Part shown: positions 39,161 to 52,360 of the stretch, piece by piece
Numbering within the stretch: the stretch's first letter is position 1
How the letters are laid out: each line of letters starts with the position of its first letter
Assembly (NCBI RefSeq): GCF_006345805.1
Contig: NC_042999.1
Location: 120,094,001-120,158,000 of the forward strand
DNA: 64,000 nucleotides
Reading direction: 5' to 3'
From: Octopus sinensis
Lineage: Eukaryota
Notes under the pieces: model-generated
Databases searched by the model: none
What the model was told of the DNA's origin: nothing
Seen by the model: only the letters and a program-made list of their open reading frames with translations
Made by a program: the position numbers and the translations under genes

Positions 39161-40345
39161 ATATGTGAACACAGCAATATTTGGCAATCAGGAAAAGATA
39201 ATTAGCTAAGATTATATTTTGTGGCTGTTGTCGTTGTTATTATATTTTGTTGCAAAATACAAAATATACAATATCATATTCTTAATGATTTTTCTTCTTA
39301 ACGTTAACTGCAGATCATTAACAAAAAGGCCCCAAGTAGAAAATATATTTCTATGAATAAGAACTGCTTCAAAAATGACTAATATTTTGAGCCCTCGCAT
39401 ATGTTACTTGATGTCCAACCCTCATTTCATAGTTGTTAAGAGATCGGACTCAATGATTAATTGGCACTAATTTCACTTTTAAATCTGGGCAGTCTTATAT
39501 TCTCGATATTCTCATATAATGTTTGGTTTACAGGGATCATTTAGAGTCGCTCTTCATTCAGCAATATTAGCAAAACGTAAATATTAGTGTGATATAATTA
39601 CATATAGTTTAGATTAATCTGTTCGTTAAAATTAAATGAAATGAAAAAAAAATAATAATAAAATGAGAATTTAAAGCGTTGTTTGCACTATTTACGGCGT
39701 GATCAGGAATGATTATTTGCATATTTATTCTTAACACGACTAAGCAGGCAGATTCACGCAAAATGTTCTGAATGCTATAGTATATGTTTTATGATGAATA
39801 ACGTCTCTGTTTTAGACATCAGTGCGTTCAACAAAATGGTCTCATTGACGCACTGCATCACGGGATACCGTTGCTTTGACATGATGTGTCACGTCAACCA
39901 AAAGTAGTCGGAAGGATGGGAAATCTCATCTTAGCAACAGTGGACTTTTACTCAAGAACCACTCGTTCCTTATCCTGCTCGAAGAGACATATTACTCCAT
40001 CTGGGCTTCACTGCCGATATAGACTTTATTTATGAAGTTGTGCTGATATCAAAAATCGTTATTGTAATGTATGAAAGAATATTTCGTCGGTTTAACAAAA
40101 TGTCTTCATGTATTTACTTATTAGTTTCTAATTTCTGAGAGTGAATTTAGCAAATGTCGAATCCTTCGCATTCAAATAGGTCAATATATGGTGTTATGTA
40201 TATATAATGTGTAACCAGTCAGTAGATAATTTGAATCCTATTCTTGAGTTCCAGTAGGTGTCACCCAATTTAAATATGACACTTATGCGCTTTTGAAAAG
40301 CATAGTCATCACTATGCCATTCTAATAGTTGTTGGAGCACGAAGC

Positions 40346-40415
<70 letters not shown>

Positions 40416-40756
40416 TGTGTGTGTGTGGAGTGAGAGAGTGAGAAATATATTGTAATCTATCTGTATGTCAAGTGATAGTTAGATTGCTAGATATATACAT
40501 GCATACACACAGTATTGTCTTTTTCACTTGTTTAATATCAACGTTTGTCGGTAATCTTACGATTCAGAATATATAACAGTAAAAAGGTCACTTATAATGT
40601 TGAACTTTTGAATAAGTTCTTGAAATAAGAATTGTATGAAAACTCGTGTCTACACATGTATTCTATGTGTGTATTCTTGCATGTTAACATTACAGTTATT
40701 TGAAAATATACACATAACCTCTTGAAAAGAAGAAAAATAATATCACGATAGCTTAC

Positions 40757-40925
40757 TGTATGTAGTTGTTTTCATTGGAGTAGAATCTCCGGACATTACT
40801 TCGGGTAGTTTTGCCTCCAATTGAAGTGTGTTCGTGTTGTTCAACGGAAAATTTCTACCAAATGAAACCTCAATCACCATGCTCATTAATAGACATGTCT
40901 CCAATAATTTTTGGATATGTGCCAT
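40757..40925 (-). CDS. Pif/BMSP-like (CBM + LamG) secreted protein, coding exon 1 (signal peptide + Thr/Ser-containing linker)
   Basis: Acceptor cttcaacacag|ATTGCACT (exon starts 40933), ATG at 40925, MAHIQKLLETCLLMSMVIEVSFG-RNFPLNNTNTLQLEAKLPEVMSGDSTPMKTTTY, then A|GTAAGC phase-1 donor after 40757. The phase matches the acceptor at 32214. The N-terminus is signal-peptide-like. Confidence 0.7.
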
Positions 40926-41519
40926 AGTGCAATCTGTGTTGAAGTTAAAGATATTTAGACATATAAAAACACTTCAAATAATAAAAATAACCATATCTAA
41001 ATATCAATTACGTCTATGCTATCAGTTCACTTTTAATTTAATAAAAATCTCCTGTTTCCAAATTTTATTACAAGTTTTGACTCTTCACAAAATCACTGCA
41101 AATATAAAACATCGAAAGAAATCACAAATGTACGCTTGGTGACATAAATCTTTAGATTTGTCAAACTACTTTTCAAAGCGAATAACTGTCTGCATTCAAA
41201 TTTATATAGGATATATCTGTTTCGATATATACAAAATGAATCATTCAAACAAATATTTCCTTCAAAATGCTTGATTATTTTTGTTTTGAACATTTTCAAC
41301 AATATCATTCAAATTAAGATTTTAACCAAATGTATTTAAATGGAAACATCCGTCCTCATCTATTATTTATTTTCATTTGTGAAGTTTAGAGGTACAGGAA
41401 AACAAAATAGAATGACAGATCAATAATGTACTTCAAAATAAAACAATCTATTATGTTCCCTTTTACACTACTACTTCTGCTAAAACAACAATGACAATAA
41501 CAGTAACTACTACTACTAC

Positions 41520-41556
<37 letters not shown>

Positions 41557-42404
41557 GCTATTATCACTACTGCTGCTGTTGTTTGAATTATCATTATAAC
41601 ATTATATCAACTGGAACAAGTCTCTCCGTTGTTTTCTTTTTTACAATAGTAAAGTGGAATATGAAAATATAATTTCAGTGCTTCTAATTATTCAGCAACG
41701 TACCAGCCACATAGGTAATTTTCTGTTAGACACCATTTGAGATGTGTTTTGCAGAGCCGATATTTAACGTGTGAAGGTTTGCTTTACCACACATACTTTT
41801 GGTGTAGCTTTATAAAACTTACATTTTTGCAATTTAATAACAAACGAATAACCATTTTGAAGTTACATGATCGATTTTGCTATTTTTCCTATTTGTATTT
41901 AGCATTTTTTCTATTTAATATGTTTTCCATTGTTCAGATATAAAACAATGACAATTTCAGTGCAGTATACTGTGGGACACTGCTATCTCAACTTACTTCA
42001 ACACAGCTAATCTTAATCAAAATGAATTTCGCAATTTGAACATATTTTCTGATATCCAGCAATGCCATGATTGAAATCTCATGACGAAAATGTACCATTA
42101 TTTTACACTGCAGGTGTGTAATAGAATTATCATAAGTGATTTCGAAATTTAAGTTGGTTTAGTTGCAACGATTTTCTTACGCCATGTTCTAATGTTTGTG
42201 AAGTATATTAGTATAAGCCGGGCATTTCAATCATCATAACCACATAATTACATTGATGATGAATTGCCTTCATTTCCAGTTTATACATCAAATAATTTCC
42301 AAACGATGTGATAAAAATATCTAACTCAAACTAGCAAAAGTTTTTAGTATAACAAATTATTTATTGTGAAAATTCTCCTGAATCATTTATAAAATTTCTC
42401 TTAC

Positions 42405-42442
42405 CAGCAAAGTTAATCGTTTCAAATCTTTGTAGAATTTAT
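42405..42442 (-). other. candidate upstream (5' UTR) exon of the Pif-like gene
   Basis: Strong acceptor tttttttcattgtttag| and donor CTG|GTAAGA, 38 nt, 1.5 kb upstream of the ATG exon, which itself begins with an acceptor and so needs an upstream exon. Confidence 0.3.
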
Positions 42443-43849
42443 CTAAACAATGAAAAAAAGGTGGTATGTTTTATGATACATGTTATTAGTTTATTCTGCA
42501 CTTCTAAACTTAATTGTTGGCACAAATGGTTCTACAGCGAGTCGAAATTGCAGCATCGCAAATACGTTTCTCCGGAATCTTAAACATAAACTGCTCTAAA
42601 TGTGTTGTTTAAATAATTATGTTGTATTTCGTATCTATAGGGAAATCTAAAAGCCGTGTCATATTTGCTCGTACGTTTTTAGGAGAGGTGGACATAATTG
42701 ATTATCATATTATGCAATTTAACTTTGCCAAACTGTTATGATACGGGTGTCTAATCCTCAGGAAATAAATACTATTTATTTACGTGTGTCAATTTAATAA
42801 CTTGCCTCACAACTACATCAACAAGAAATAGACTAAAGTTTAAATATGTGATGTAGAATCAAGTAGAATAATGAAAGTTTTATTGAAACAATAAAACACC
42901 AAGGAGCTAAAATTAGGATATTGTTAAATTATAGACGTATTCATAACCTAATATTCAGTTTATAATTTCGTTCTGAAATGACGTTCAAGTCATTTCCGCA
43001 CAATTATGTGCCACAGGGGACAAGTAAGTGCACCGTTCTATAGGCTCTGGTTGAACAATAGCATCTCAGTGAAATTTGTCCGCTAGAAGATGTACGGAGG
43101 TTTATCTATATGTGTGTGCATGTGCGCACATGTGTGTGTGTGAGTGAATGTGTGTATTATATTAAGAAAAACGACTATGTTCAATCTTAATTTGATATTA
43201 TTAAGGATATTTCATATCTCGTTTTTAGACTTTTACGTTTCCTTAGGAACAAATACTTTTCCTAATTCAATTAGCTTCACATTTCAAAACTTTCACCATC
43301 TTATTTTTTAATTGAACTGAATGATTTGGTGCCCACGCATGCTGTGTTTAATTCTTAAGCGTGTTGAGAACAATTATATAACACATAAAATAAATACTCA
43401 AGATTGCATTTAAAATCATATAATACTCAATCCTGAGGGATTTCATGTTATGATTTATTTTTGATAATACATCATAGTGATCTATCACTGTGTGTATAAT
43501 CTACATTTGTATTTCGCTATTACTGTAGAATAATTCTAATTTAAAGTAGGAAATATGTACTATACATGGCTTTATATTGAAAATGACATTGTAAACATTC
43601 CAAATGTCAGACTAATGGATTTGGGAACATTATCTTTCCAAACCAAACATAAAGGATAAATTAAGAAATATAAAAAGGAACAATAGATCGCACTTGAAGA
43701 TACACGTGATAGTAATATATGTTTGAAAGAAAAGACTGAGCTTACTGCTTCGTAATTCCTTTTCTTTCATTCATTTTGACAAATAATTATCATATGTATG
43801 TATTTGTGAAATCGTGTGTTGAAACAGATATTGCTATACACCTCTTTCT

Positions 43850-45860
43850 ATTGCCCTCTGCCCGCTGTCCTCCAACCTCATGCCTAACTACCAACAGATA
43901 GTTGGTCCTCCATTATCCATGACCTCATTTCTTCCTCCCCTCTCCCTCCCACTACCACCAACCTCCATTTCCGTACTCCACTATCTATTTCTTTCCTAAC
44001 ATCAAAAACAAACCAACAACCCTTGCAGCCCCATTGTTTCCACCTGCATCTTCCCCACGGAATTGATCTCTAAATACTTGCACCCTGTCCTTACTACCCC
44101 AGTCGCTTCCCTCCCCTCCAACATCCACGACACTACCATGCTCTCCGTGTCTTTAACTCTTTCTTTTTCCCTTCTGGCTCTTCTAAACTTCTCTTGAGTC
44201 TTGCTATCTTCACTCTTGATAAGAGTTTATATATGGTGATGCCACACAACGAAGGACTTCTTGCACTAAAATACTTTCTGGACCTTCGACCTAACCCCAA
44301 CCTGACACCTCCACAGTTCATTGTCTGGCCGAACTTGTTCTCTCCTTCAAGTGCTTCTCGATTGTGGGTGATTTTTACCAATAATTCTCGGGAGTGGTCA
44401 TGGGAACGAGAATGGGTGCCAACTACGCGAGCATGTTCGTTGGCTACGTTGAGGCCCAAATATTCTCATGATTCACTGGTCCCTCTCCCAAACTATACGG
44501 TCGTTATATCGATGACTGTATCTGTACGACCTCGTTCTCCCGCAAACAACTAGACACCTTCCTCTCTTTTGTCCAATCCTTCCTTCCTGCCCTCGAATTC
44601 TCCTGCACTATTTCTAACTCTGCTGTTGAATTTCTCGACATTTGTGTCACTATATGCCACTCCGTTCTCACTACTTCCATCCACTACAAACAGACTGACT
44701 CACACTTCTACCTTAATTTCACCTTCTACACTCACACACCAAGCTCTCCATCCCCTACTCCAATTTCTCCATCTCCGGAGGCTCTGCAGTGACGACCATG
44801 GCTTAGAGTCTCAGTCTCAACTCGTGTCTCGCCACTTCATCCTTCGTGGATACCCACTCACGACTAATCACACTGCTCTTGCCAGGGCAGGTTCTGTGAA
44901 CCATGCCAGTGCTTTTTCTCCCCCACACCCACCCCACCACTGCCCGTCTCGCGTTTCTTCTCACCTACTACCCCTCCACCTTCCCCCCTAACGCACCATT
45001 CTCCGAACCTTGCGGCAACTCCAGTCTGGCCCCTCCACCTCCCACTTCTTCCGCAACCTACCCCCTTCCGGCCTTCAAACGAGTCCATAACCTACGTGAT
45101 CACCTGGTCCATAGTTTCTTCCTTAACGACACCTCCCATTCATTTCCCTGCTCCCGCCCACGCTTACGTACATGTCCCTAACTCTCTAACAATACTATCC
45201 TCACAGGCACCCATTATCGTCCCTATCATAACACCGATTCCTTTACCTGCTCTTCTCGCAACGTCATATACAGCATCTCCTGCACTTTCTGCCCTTCCCA
45301 ATACATAGAGGAAAAGGGACGCCGTTTGGCTGACTGGTTCGCGGTGCACGTTCGAGACATCAGACTGAGCAATGACTCTCCAGTCTTGCGACATGTCTTC
45401 TCTACCGGTCATTCACTATAACATTTGTCTGTTTTCCGATTGTCTTTGCACAGGGGAAATCCGGACTCCCGCGTTCACCTGAATATGATTTAATCTTCCC
45501 TCTTCGCTCCTTTGCTGTTCCGTCGAATTTCTCGGCATTTCTGTTACTATACACCACTCAGCTCTCTCTACCTCTATACATTACAAACAGACTGACTCAC
45601 ATTTCTACCTTAACACTCCTTTCGTTCGACATTTTCTTTCAAACTTTTTTGTAATCATTCGCGTTGCTTGACCGCTAAATCTACAAACTTCTCATTCGCT
45701 CTCCGTTCATTTTCTCTTATTTATTTCTGTTGAAGGGCGTAGGCTCAAAATGTAAAAGACTTCTTCATTTCCCCGACAGTCAAACTAATACACCCGCTTG
45801 TTGTTCATACACTTGTCTTCGTTTTTCTTTTTCTTCTATATATTCCAACTATATATATAT
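43850..45860 (+). mobile_element. Penelope-like retroelement (RT + GIY-YIG endonuclease), frameshifted
   Basis: FTLDKSLYMVMPHNEGLLALKYFL, GVVMGTRMGANYASMF, RYIDD (about 44505-44516), VEFLD, SIPYSQFLHLRRLCS, NVIYSISCTFCPSQYIEEKGRRLAD (about 45260-45335), then a pLTR-like tail with a hammerhead relic at 45727. Confidence 0.93.
45727..45758 (+). ncRNA. decayed hammerhead-like motif at the 3' end of the Penelope element
   Basis: CTGTTGA-a-GGGC-gtag-GCTC-AAAA-tgta: two core mutations, located downstream of the GIY-YIG domain where PLE hammerheads occur. Confidence 0.4.
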
Positions 45861-45934
45861 GCTCAACTATATATTAGTGTGGAGCGTTTTTTTCATGATT
45901 TTTGATTTGGTGATGGGGATAGTGCATCAAATTT

Positions 45935-46491
45935 GTGAACGGCCATCGAAATAAGTGGTGTAAAATCTTAGAACTCTGTGACAATATCTTCTGTGAAAAA
46001 AGATCGCCCCTACTTATTTATTGGCTATAAAATATAATTTTCATTGCATCTTCTTCGAGTAGCTTTGAAATGACTGTGATGAAATTACTCTGAAATACGA
46101 CTTCAACATGTTTGTTTTTTTCTTTGACTTCATCTTCTGCATCTACAATTGCCTAAAAATATACAAAAATTCGTAAATATTGTAATTTAACGAATTCAGA
46201 AACTTTTTCATGTAGATGTAAATTGCAATACATCCTCCACCTTCTTTGTTGGGGCAGAAGATAAAGTCAGAAAGAAAAAGATACATGGTAAAGTCTATTT
46301 TAAAGTAATTTCATCACGGTCATTTAAAAGCCCCCCGAAGAAGATGCAATGGAAACTGTATTTTATAGTTACTAAATTAATAGAAGCGTTTTTTCCCCAC
46401 TTTTTCCATTTTCGATACATTTGGGGAGACAGAGGTTATTGGGGAGACAGAGCTCTAAAATTTTACACGGGTTATTTCGATGTCCGTTCAC
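45935..46491. mobile_element. MITE/fold-back element with long imperfect terminal inverted repeats
   Basis: gtgaacggccatcgaaataagtggtgtaaaatcttagaactctgt (from 45935) is an inverted match to 46447-46491. An inner pair, about 46025-46140 vs 46254-46368, is also inverted at roughly 75-80% by eye. Confidence 0.7.
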
Positions 46492-47188
46492 GAATACACG
46501 TAAGGGTATACATATTTGCGTGCTTTTCATATAAATATATGTATGTATTTATATATGAATGTGCGTATGTACACACAATATTAGGTAAGAGAAATAACTC
46601 AGGCTGACCAGTGGTATGTATATTTCTAACAGATAGGGGTATATGTATTAACATTCTGTATCGTATTCCTTATAGGCGTGTCAAATTTGAAGGATTCTGG
46701 AATCCTGAGGCAATTTTCCCTACCTATGCGGAGCTCATTTCAATTGCCTTCTCGTAACACTGATACATCAATTAGAGGTGTAAATGGATTCTATAAATCA
46801 AGAAATTTTTTGCATCATAAATTATTTCATACCTGCATTTCTCTATGCTGTTTACGTACATGATATTGACTCCTCTGAGTTATATCCCTTAGCTCATTTT
46901 CCTTTGAATAATGAAAATTAGCCAATCGATAAATATGCTGTACACACATATCTATATAGGTCCTTTGTCAACTGGAGATAAATCACGTAACCATCATGAC
47001 TTTTTCTTATCTCTAGACAATAAACCTCTCCTTTTCATTAATGTTATGTCAGCTTTAGAGGGTTCTTGATTCACGAGATTTCCCTTTCTCATATGGTGCT
47101 TGTCTCAATTGCAATTATCTCCTCTAGAAGTAAAGATAATTTTAAGAAACAAAAAGGTATTTGTTGCCTGTTAAGACATATACTGCCC

Positions 47189-47241
<53 letters not shown>

Positions 47242-47719
47242 GTACATACATTGGTGACATATGCCCATATATGAATATATGCGTGCTTTTGTGTACGTGT
47301 ATATATTCGCATAAATATATGAACACTTTCCATTTACTATTATCATACTATTTAAGAAATATGATGCAACCGTTCTTTCACTTCCAAGACCTCACATAGT
47401 TTACAGACTGCACCCTCGGTTACGGGTGACAAGACTATCTTAAAGGCTCGGAATGTTTCCTCATTGAAAGAGGACGGAAGACTAAGACGAGATCATGGGC
47501 GTTTTAGCATGTATGATACTACTTGTTTATACGTTCATCAGAAATCATAAATGTTTATAAGAATATATCCAGAAAGAATTTGTAGACAGTATTTGATATG
47601 AGAAAGCATGTATTGCTTTGTCAAAAGTTCATCAGAAATTATAATTGTTTATAAGGAGTTAAGAGGAACGACCAAACTTTTTTCTTCATCTCCAGTATTG
47701 TATATGCCTCCAGTATTAT

Positions 47720-47813
47720 ATATACATATATGTGTGTGTGTGTGTATCTATATCTCTCTCTCTATATATATATGTGTATGTATTATATATATATATGTAT
47801 ATATATGTATATG

Positions 47814-47849
<36 letters not shown>

Positions 47850-47857
47850 GTACGTAT

Positions 47858-47890
<33 letters not shown>

Positions 47891-47906
47891 ATACATATAT
47901 GTACAT

Positions 47907-47973
<67 letters not shown>

Positions 47974-47980
47974 TATATAC
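47720..47980. repeat. long imperfect (TA)n tract
   Basis: Direct reading. Confidence 0.95.
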
Positions 47981-48205
47981 GACGAGTTGCTAAAAGCTTT
48001 TTGCCTTTAAGGACATCACGAAAGGCCTGAGTAAGGCTCCAGCCTTCGAAGTCCTTTCACAAGGCTTAGAAAATCTGAAGGACCGTTGCAATAAGCGTGT
48101 GAAGCTGAGAGGGGAATATGTTGAATGAAATCACAATTAACTGATCCTTCTGTATCTTCTTTTACCTAAAGCCAGGAACTTCTTAACACCTCATGTATAT
48201 ATGTG

Positions 48206-48246
<41 letters not shown>

Positions 48247-48794
48247 ATGCGCGCGTGTGTGTGTGCGTGTGAATGTGTGGATGTGTTTGTGTATGTGTGT
48301 GTGTTTGTATAATTATATGCTCTCGTTTCAAACATGTATTATTGTAAATGGTTGTAAGTAAAGAACCGTTTATACCAGTCTTTTTATCGATAAAATTGCT
48401 CTCTTGGTATTTATTGTTTTAGTATTTTTGTAAATTCTTCCCATTTAGTTTAAAGTAAACAGCCGATAAACTTCGTACGATTGCTGTTAGTATGTTACAT
48501 CTCTCTTACCAAAGGAGGCAATTTTATTCTTACGATTTACTTCAACTTCAAGAACCAGCCTTCATTTTGGCAAATAGTCAATTCGCTTCCTTTGGATTTC
48601 GGAAAGACCAATGATTGAATATACTTTTAAGCAATACATCGGTCGCCTTGCTAATCGAACAATCCTATAAATCAACATTTATTGACATTATAGTCAAGAG
48701 TGCCCCGAAGCATCTTAAACAATGTTGTGAATACTTCTACCTATTTATTAGTTCTTCAGACATATATACTCTCTTTACTCTTTTTACTCTTTTG

Positions 48795-49193
48795 CTCGCT
48801 TCAGTCATTTGAATGCGGCCATGCTGGAGCACCGCCTTTCGTCGAGCAAATCGACACCCCGGACTTATTCTTTGTAAGCCTAGTACTTATTCTATCGGTC
48901 TCTTTTGCGGAACCGCTAAGTTACGGGGACGTAAACACACCAGCATCAGTTGTCAAGTGATCTTGGGGGTACAAATACAGACACACATACGTATATATAT
49001 ATATATATATATACACATACGACGGGCTTCTTTCAGTTTCCATCTACCAATTCCGCTCACAAGGCTTTGGTCGGCCCGAGGTTCCACGCACTGGGACTGA
49101 ACCCGTAACCATGTGGCTGGTAAGCAAGTTACCTACCAAACAGCACCTATATATATATATAAGAGACCAAAGAGTACGTACGCGGCTATATAC

Positions 49194-49224
<31 letters not shown>

Positions 49225-49650
49225 TATCTATATATGTATATATAGTAGATGACACTTGCCTAAGATACCACGCAGCGGGACTGAACTCGGAACCATGTGG
49301 TTGGTAAGCAAGCTACTTACCACACAGCCAGCAAGACCAATCGAATCGAGTACTTGTTTTTCTAGAGCCTGCTAATTGCTCTCTTTTTGCCGAACTGCTA
49401 GCTTACAGGGAGGGTAACAAACATCCATCGATTACCATATACTCGGGAGAAACACAGCATCAAGACACACGCACATACATACATGTCTGATGGGATGTCT
49501 TTCAGTTTTCATTTGCCAAGTTCCTTCATAATGCTTTGGTCAACCTGGGGCTATGAAAGTCATTTGCCGAACGTACGACGCAGCGGAACTGGACCCGGAA
49601 TCATGCGGTTGGGGCGCAAATATTTACTACACAGCCGTTACTCTGCCTAT
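48795..49650 (-). mobile_element. cluster of SINE copies/fragments (gcggccatgctgg-tailed family) with three tandem heads
   Basis: gggactgaacccg/gggactgaactcg/ggaactggacccg followed by accatgtgg or atcatgcgg recurs at about 49092, 49278 and 49585. Confidence 0.8.
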
Positions 49651-49939
49651 TTATATATGCTTCTAAGTTCATATGTATGTATACATTTATAATTTAAATA
49701 TTATTTGTATCATGCACGAATATATGCACATGCACATATGTGCATATAATATTGTTTGCACATATATATATGCATAGCTACAATTATATATTCGTACGTG
49801 CTAAAAATTGTTTATTGAAAAGAGAATATCAACGGAATATCAAAGGAAAGGCTCTTCGCGTCATGGAATTGTACGTTTATTTTACCATGAGGACAAAACA
49901 AAAAGACACCTAAAGTACAAGTATGTGCGAATAATCCTT

Positions 49940-50075
49940 TCTGCTATAGGCACAAGGCCTGAGATTTGGGGGGAGCGGTTAGTCAATTACATTGACCCCT
50001 GTACGCAAGTGGTACTTGTTTAATTGACCACTAAAGAACGGAAGACAAATTCGACCTGGGCGGAATTTTTACTCA
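49940..50075 (-). mobile_element. SINE fragment
   Basis: ggcacaaggcctgagatttggg...ttcgacctgggcggaatt; same family as 20060. Confidence 0.65.
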
Positions 50076-50110
50076 GAGTATGTGCGAATAATGCGAACAC
50101 ATTTTATACA

Positions 50111-50450
50111 TAACAAGAGCACTCAGAGAGCGGAAACTTACGCAAGGCAACACCAACATCCTCTCAACGATTACCCAGAGATGATTTTTAAAATGGAAAT
50201 ATCTGAAATAAACTCGACTTCTCTCACAATCTAAAATATTAGAAACGAACCCAACTGCTAATAAAAATTAGGTAAAAAAAAAAAACAGGAAAAATAATCC
50301 AGAATCCTTGTCTGGTCTCAGATCTATCCCCAAATCTACTCAGTTCGTGCCAGTCACAAGGCCAAGGGTTCTTGAGAGATCTCCACGGACAAACAGAAAA
50401 ATACACTACTGAAAACAGTATCTCCGCCTTAGCAAAGCCGGGGGTAGCAA
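50111..50450 (+). mobile_element. probable non-autonomous Helitron2/Helentron-like element
   Basis: Starts aacaagagcactcagagagc...cgcaaggc and ends aaaacagtatctccgccttagcaaagccgggggtag, a degenerate subterminal GC hairpin. Recognised as a recurrent octopus-type repeat. Confidence 0.4.
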
Positions 50451-51051
50451 GTATTCAGATCTATTGACTTGACAAATATACCAGGGGAAATATATTTCAT
50501 TGGTTGAAATAAACAGAAGCAGTAAAATATTTACTACACAAGCAGTGAAGTAAACTTGACAGTAAAATAGAAATTGCGCTCTTAGATAAAAGGAAAAATA
50601 TTTAAATTCATGCACGGCCCTTCATCAGAAAGAGACAAAGGAGATAAAGCGAAGATCAAAAACACTTGCCGGCCAATGACCTCTGCTTTTGAAGACCACG
50701 AGAAGCGATCGATCAGATGGGCATGTAAATCGAAGTTATTGCCCAGCATGGAAGATTTTCTTCAAGGATACTTGGAACTTGAAGTAAAGATGAAGAGCAT
50801 TAATCAAGTAGTCGAATGAATATAATTATACTTTATCTTATATATTGAGTTCATTCTCTCTTGCATGTTATAAAGAACGCACGCACGCACGCACGAACAC
50901 ACGCACACAGATATATGTGTGTATATGTGTGTGTGTATATATATATATGTGACTATATATATGTATATATATTTATGCATATATATATATATATCTGTAT
51001 CTATCTATCAGTCTCACTTTCTCTCTCTCTTCGTATATATGTGTGTGTGTG

Positions 51052-51385
51052 TGTGGAGGATCAAAGGCCCAGTGGTTAGGACAGTGGACTCGCGGTCGTG
51101 GGATAGCTGTTTCGATTCACAGACCGGGCGTTGTGAGTCTTTAATGAGCGAAAACACCTAAAGCTACACAACCTTCTCTCACTCTTCCTTTCTGTTTCTG
51201 TTGTACCTGTTTTTCAAAGGGCCAGCCTTGTCACACACTGTGTCACGCTGAATCTCTTCGAGAACTACGTTAAGAGTACACGTGTCTGTGGAGTGCTCAG
51301 CCACTTACACGTTCATTTCACAAGCAGGGTGTCCCGTTGATCGTATCAACTGGAACCTTCGTCGTCGTAACCGACGGAGTGCCAC
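51052..51385 (+). mobile_element. tRNA-derived SINE
   Basis: gtggaggatcaaaggcccagtggttaggacagtggactcgcggtcg...tttcgattc head after (TG)n; the body diverges from the 56537 family after about 110 nt. Confidence 0.8.
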
Positions 51386-51387
51386 CA

Positions 51388-51439
<52 letters not shown>

Positions 51440-51461
51440 TATATATATATACAAATACACC

Positions 51462-51501
<40 letters not shown>

Positions 51502-52149
51502 GGGGGGTTATTTGCACATACATTCCTCTACATACACACTACAGACCATTAGAGTCAGGGGCCCAGACCGCAACACCTTTTCTCTGTTCATTTTCTGAAA
51601 TATTGAATTGCCAAGTGATAATACTAGCTATCTACCTGCATTATTTTTTTTTATAACTAGCATGCTTTCGACATGAATCTCAAAATTTAAAACATTTAAA
51701 ACAAATCTTCGTGAAAACTGTACTACTCTAATATGTATTTTATACATGTATGTACATATATATCAATATATGCTAAAGTATTTATATATCGATGTATATA
51801 TAGGAATATCTATGTATATGAATATACATCTATATATACAGGTGTCTAAACAAAGCAAAACGCACGCATGTGTAATGTATGAAGTCAAATATACATGCCC
51901 GATTTGAAATTTTGGAAATTAATCGATTGTCATAGTTTATATTATGAACCATATGAAATGAATTTTATGCTCGAATTCTACCGTTTAAAGTAAATAATCT
52001 ATGAAATATGGACAATTTCCAGTATAAATTTTGGTTTTTTTCTTTTGTAAACACAACTCAAAGTTACGCTAACAGTAGTCATGTGCATGTATTACATCTA
52101 GATCTGTAAAGGTAAATATATATGAACTTCCGTCGGTCATTAATAAAGG

Positions 52150-52360
52150 CTTCACATTTTGGCACGGAACCAGCAGATTTAGGGCTGTAGAGATGTCAAG
52201 TATATCGACCATTAGTGTTCGACTGGTATTTATTTAGGGACCCGAAAGGATGAAAAACAAAATCGATCATGACAGCATTACAACTCAGGACGTAAATGCG
52301 TTCGATAGGCCGACAAGCGCTTTGTCTAGCGTGTTAATGATCCTGCCAACTAGCCGTATT
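52150..52360 (-). mobile_element. decayed SINE
   Basis: ttttggcacgga tail...gaaaggatgaaa...aactcaggacgtaa...ctgccaactagccg head. Confidence 0.6.

Noticed and set aside
39800-40130. Possible further mariner fragment on the minus strand
   Set aside because: Only vague similarity around the first catalytic motif; too decayed to call.
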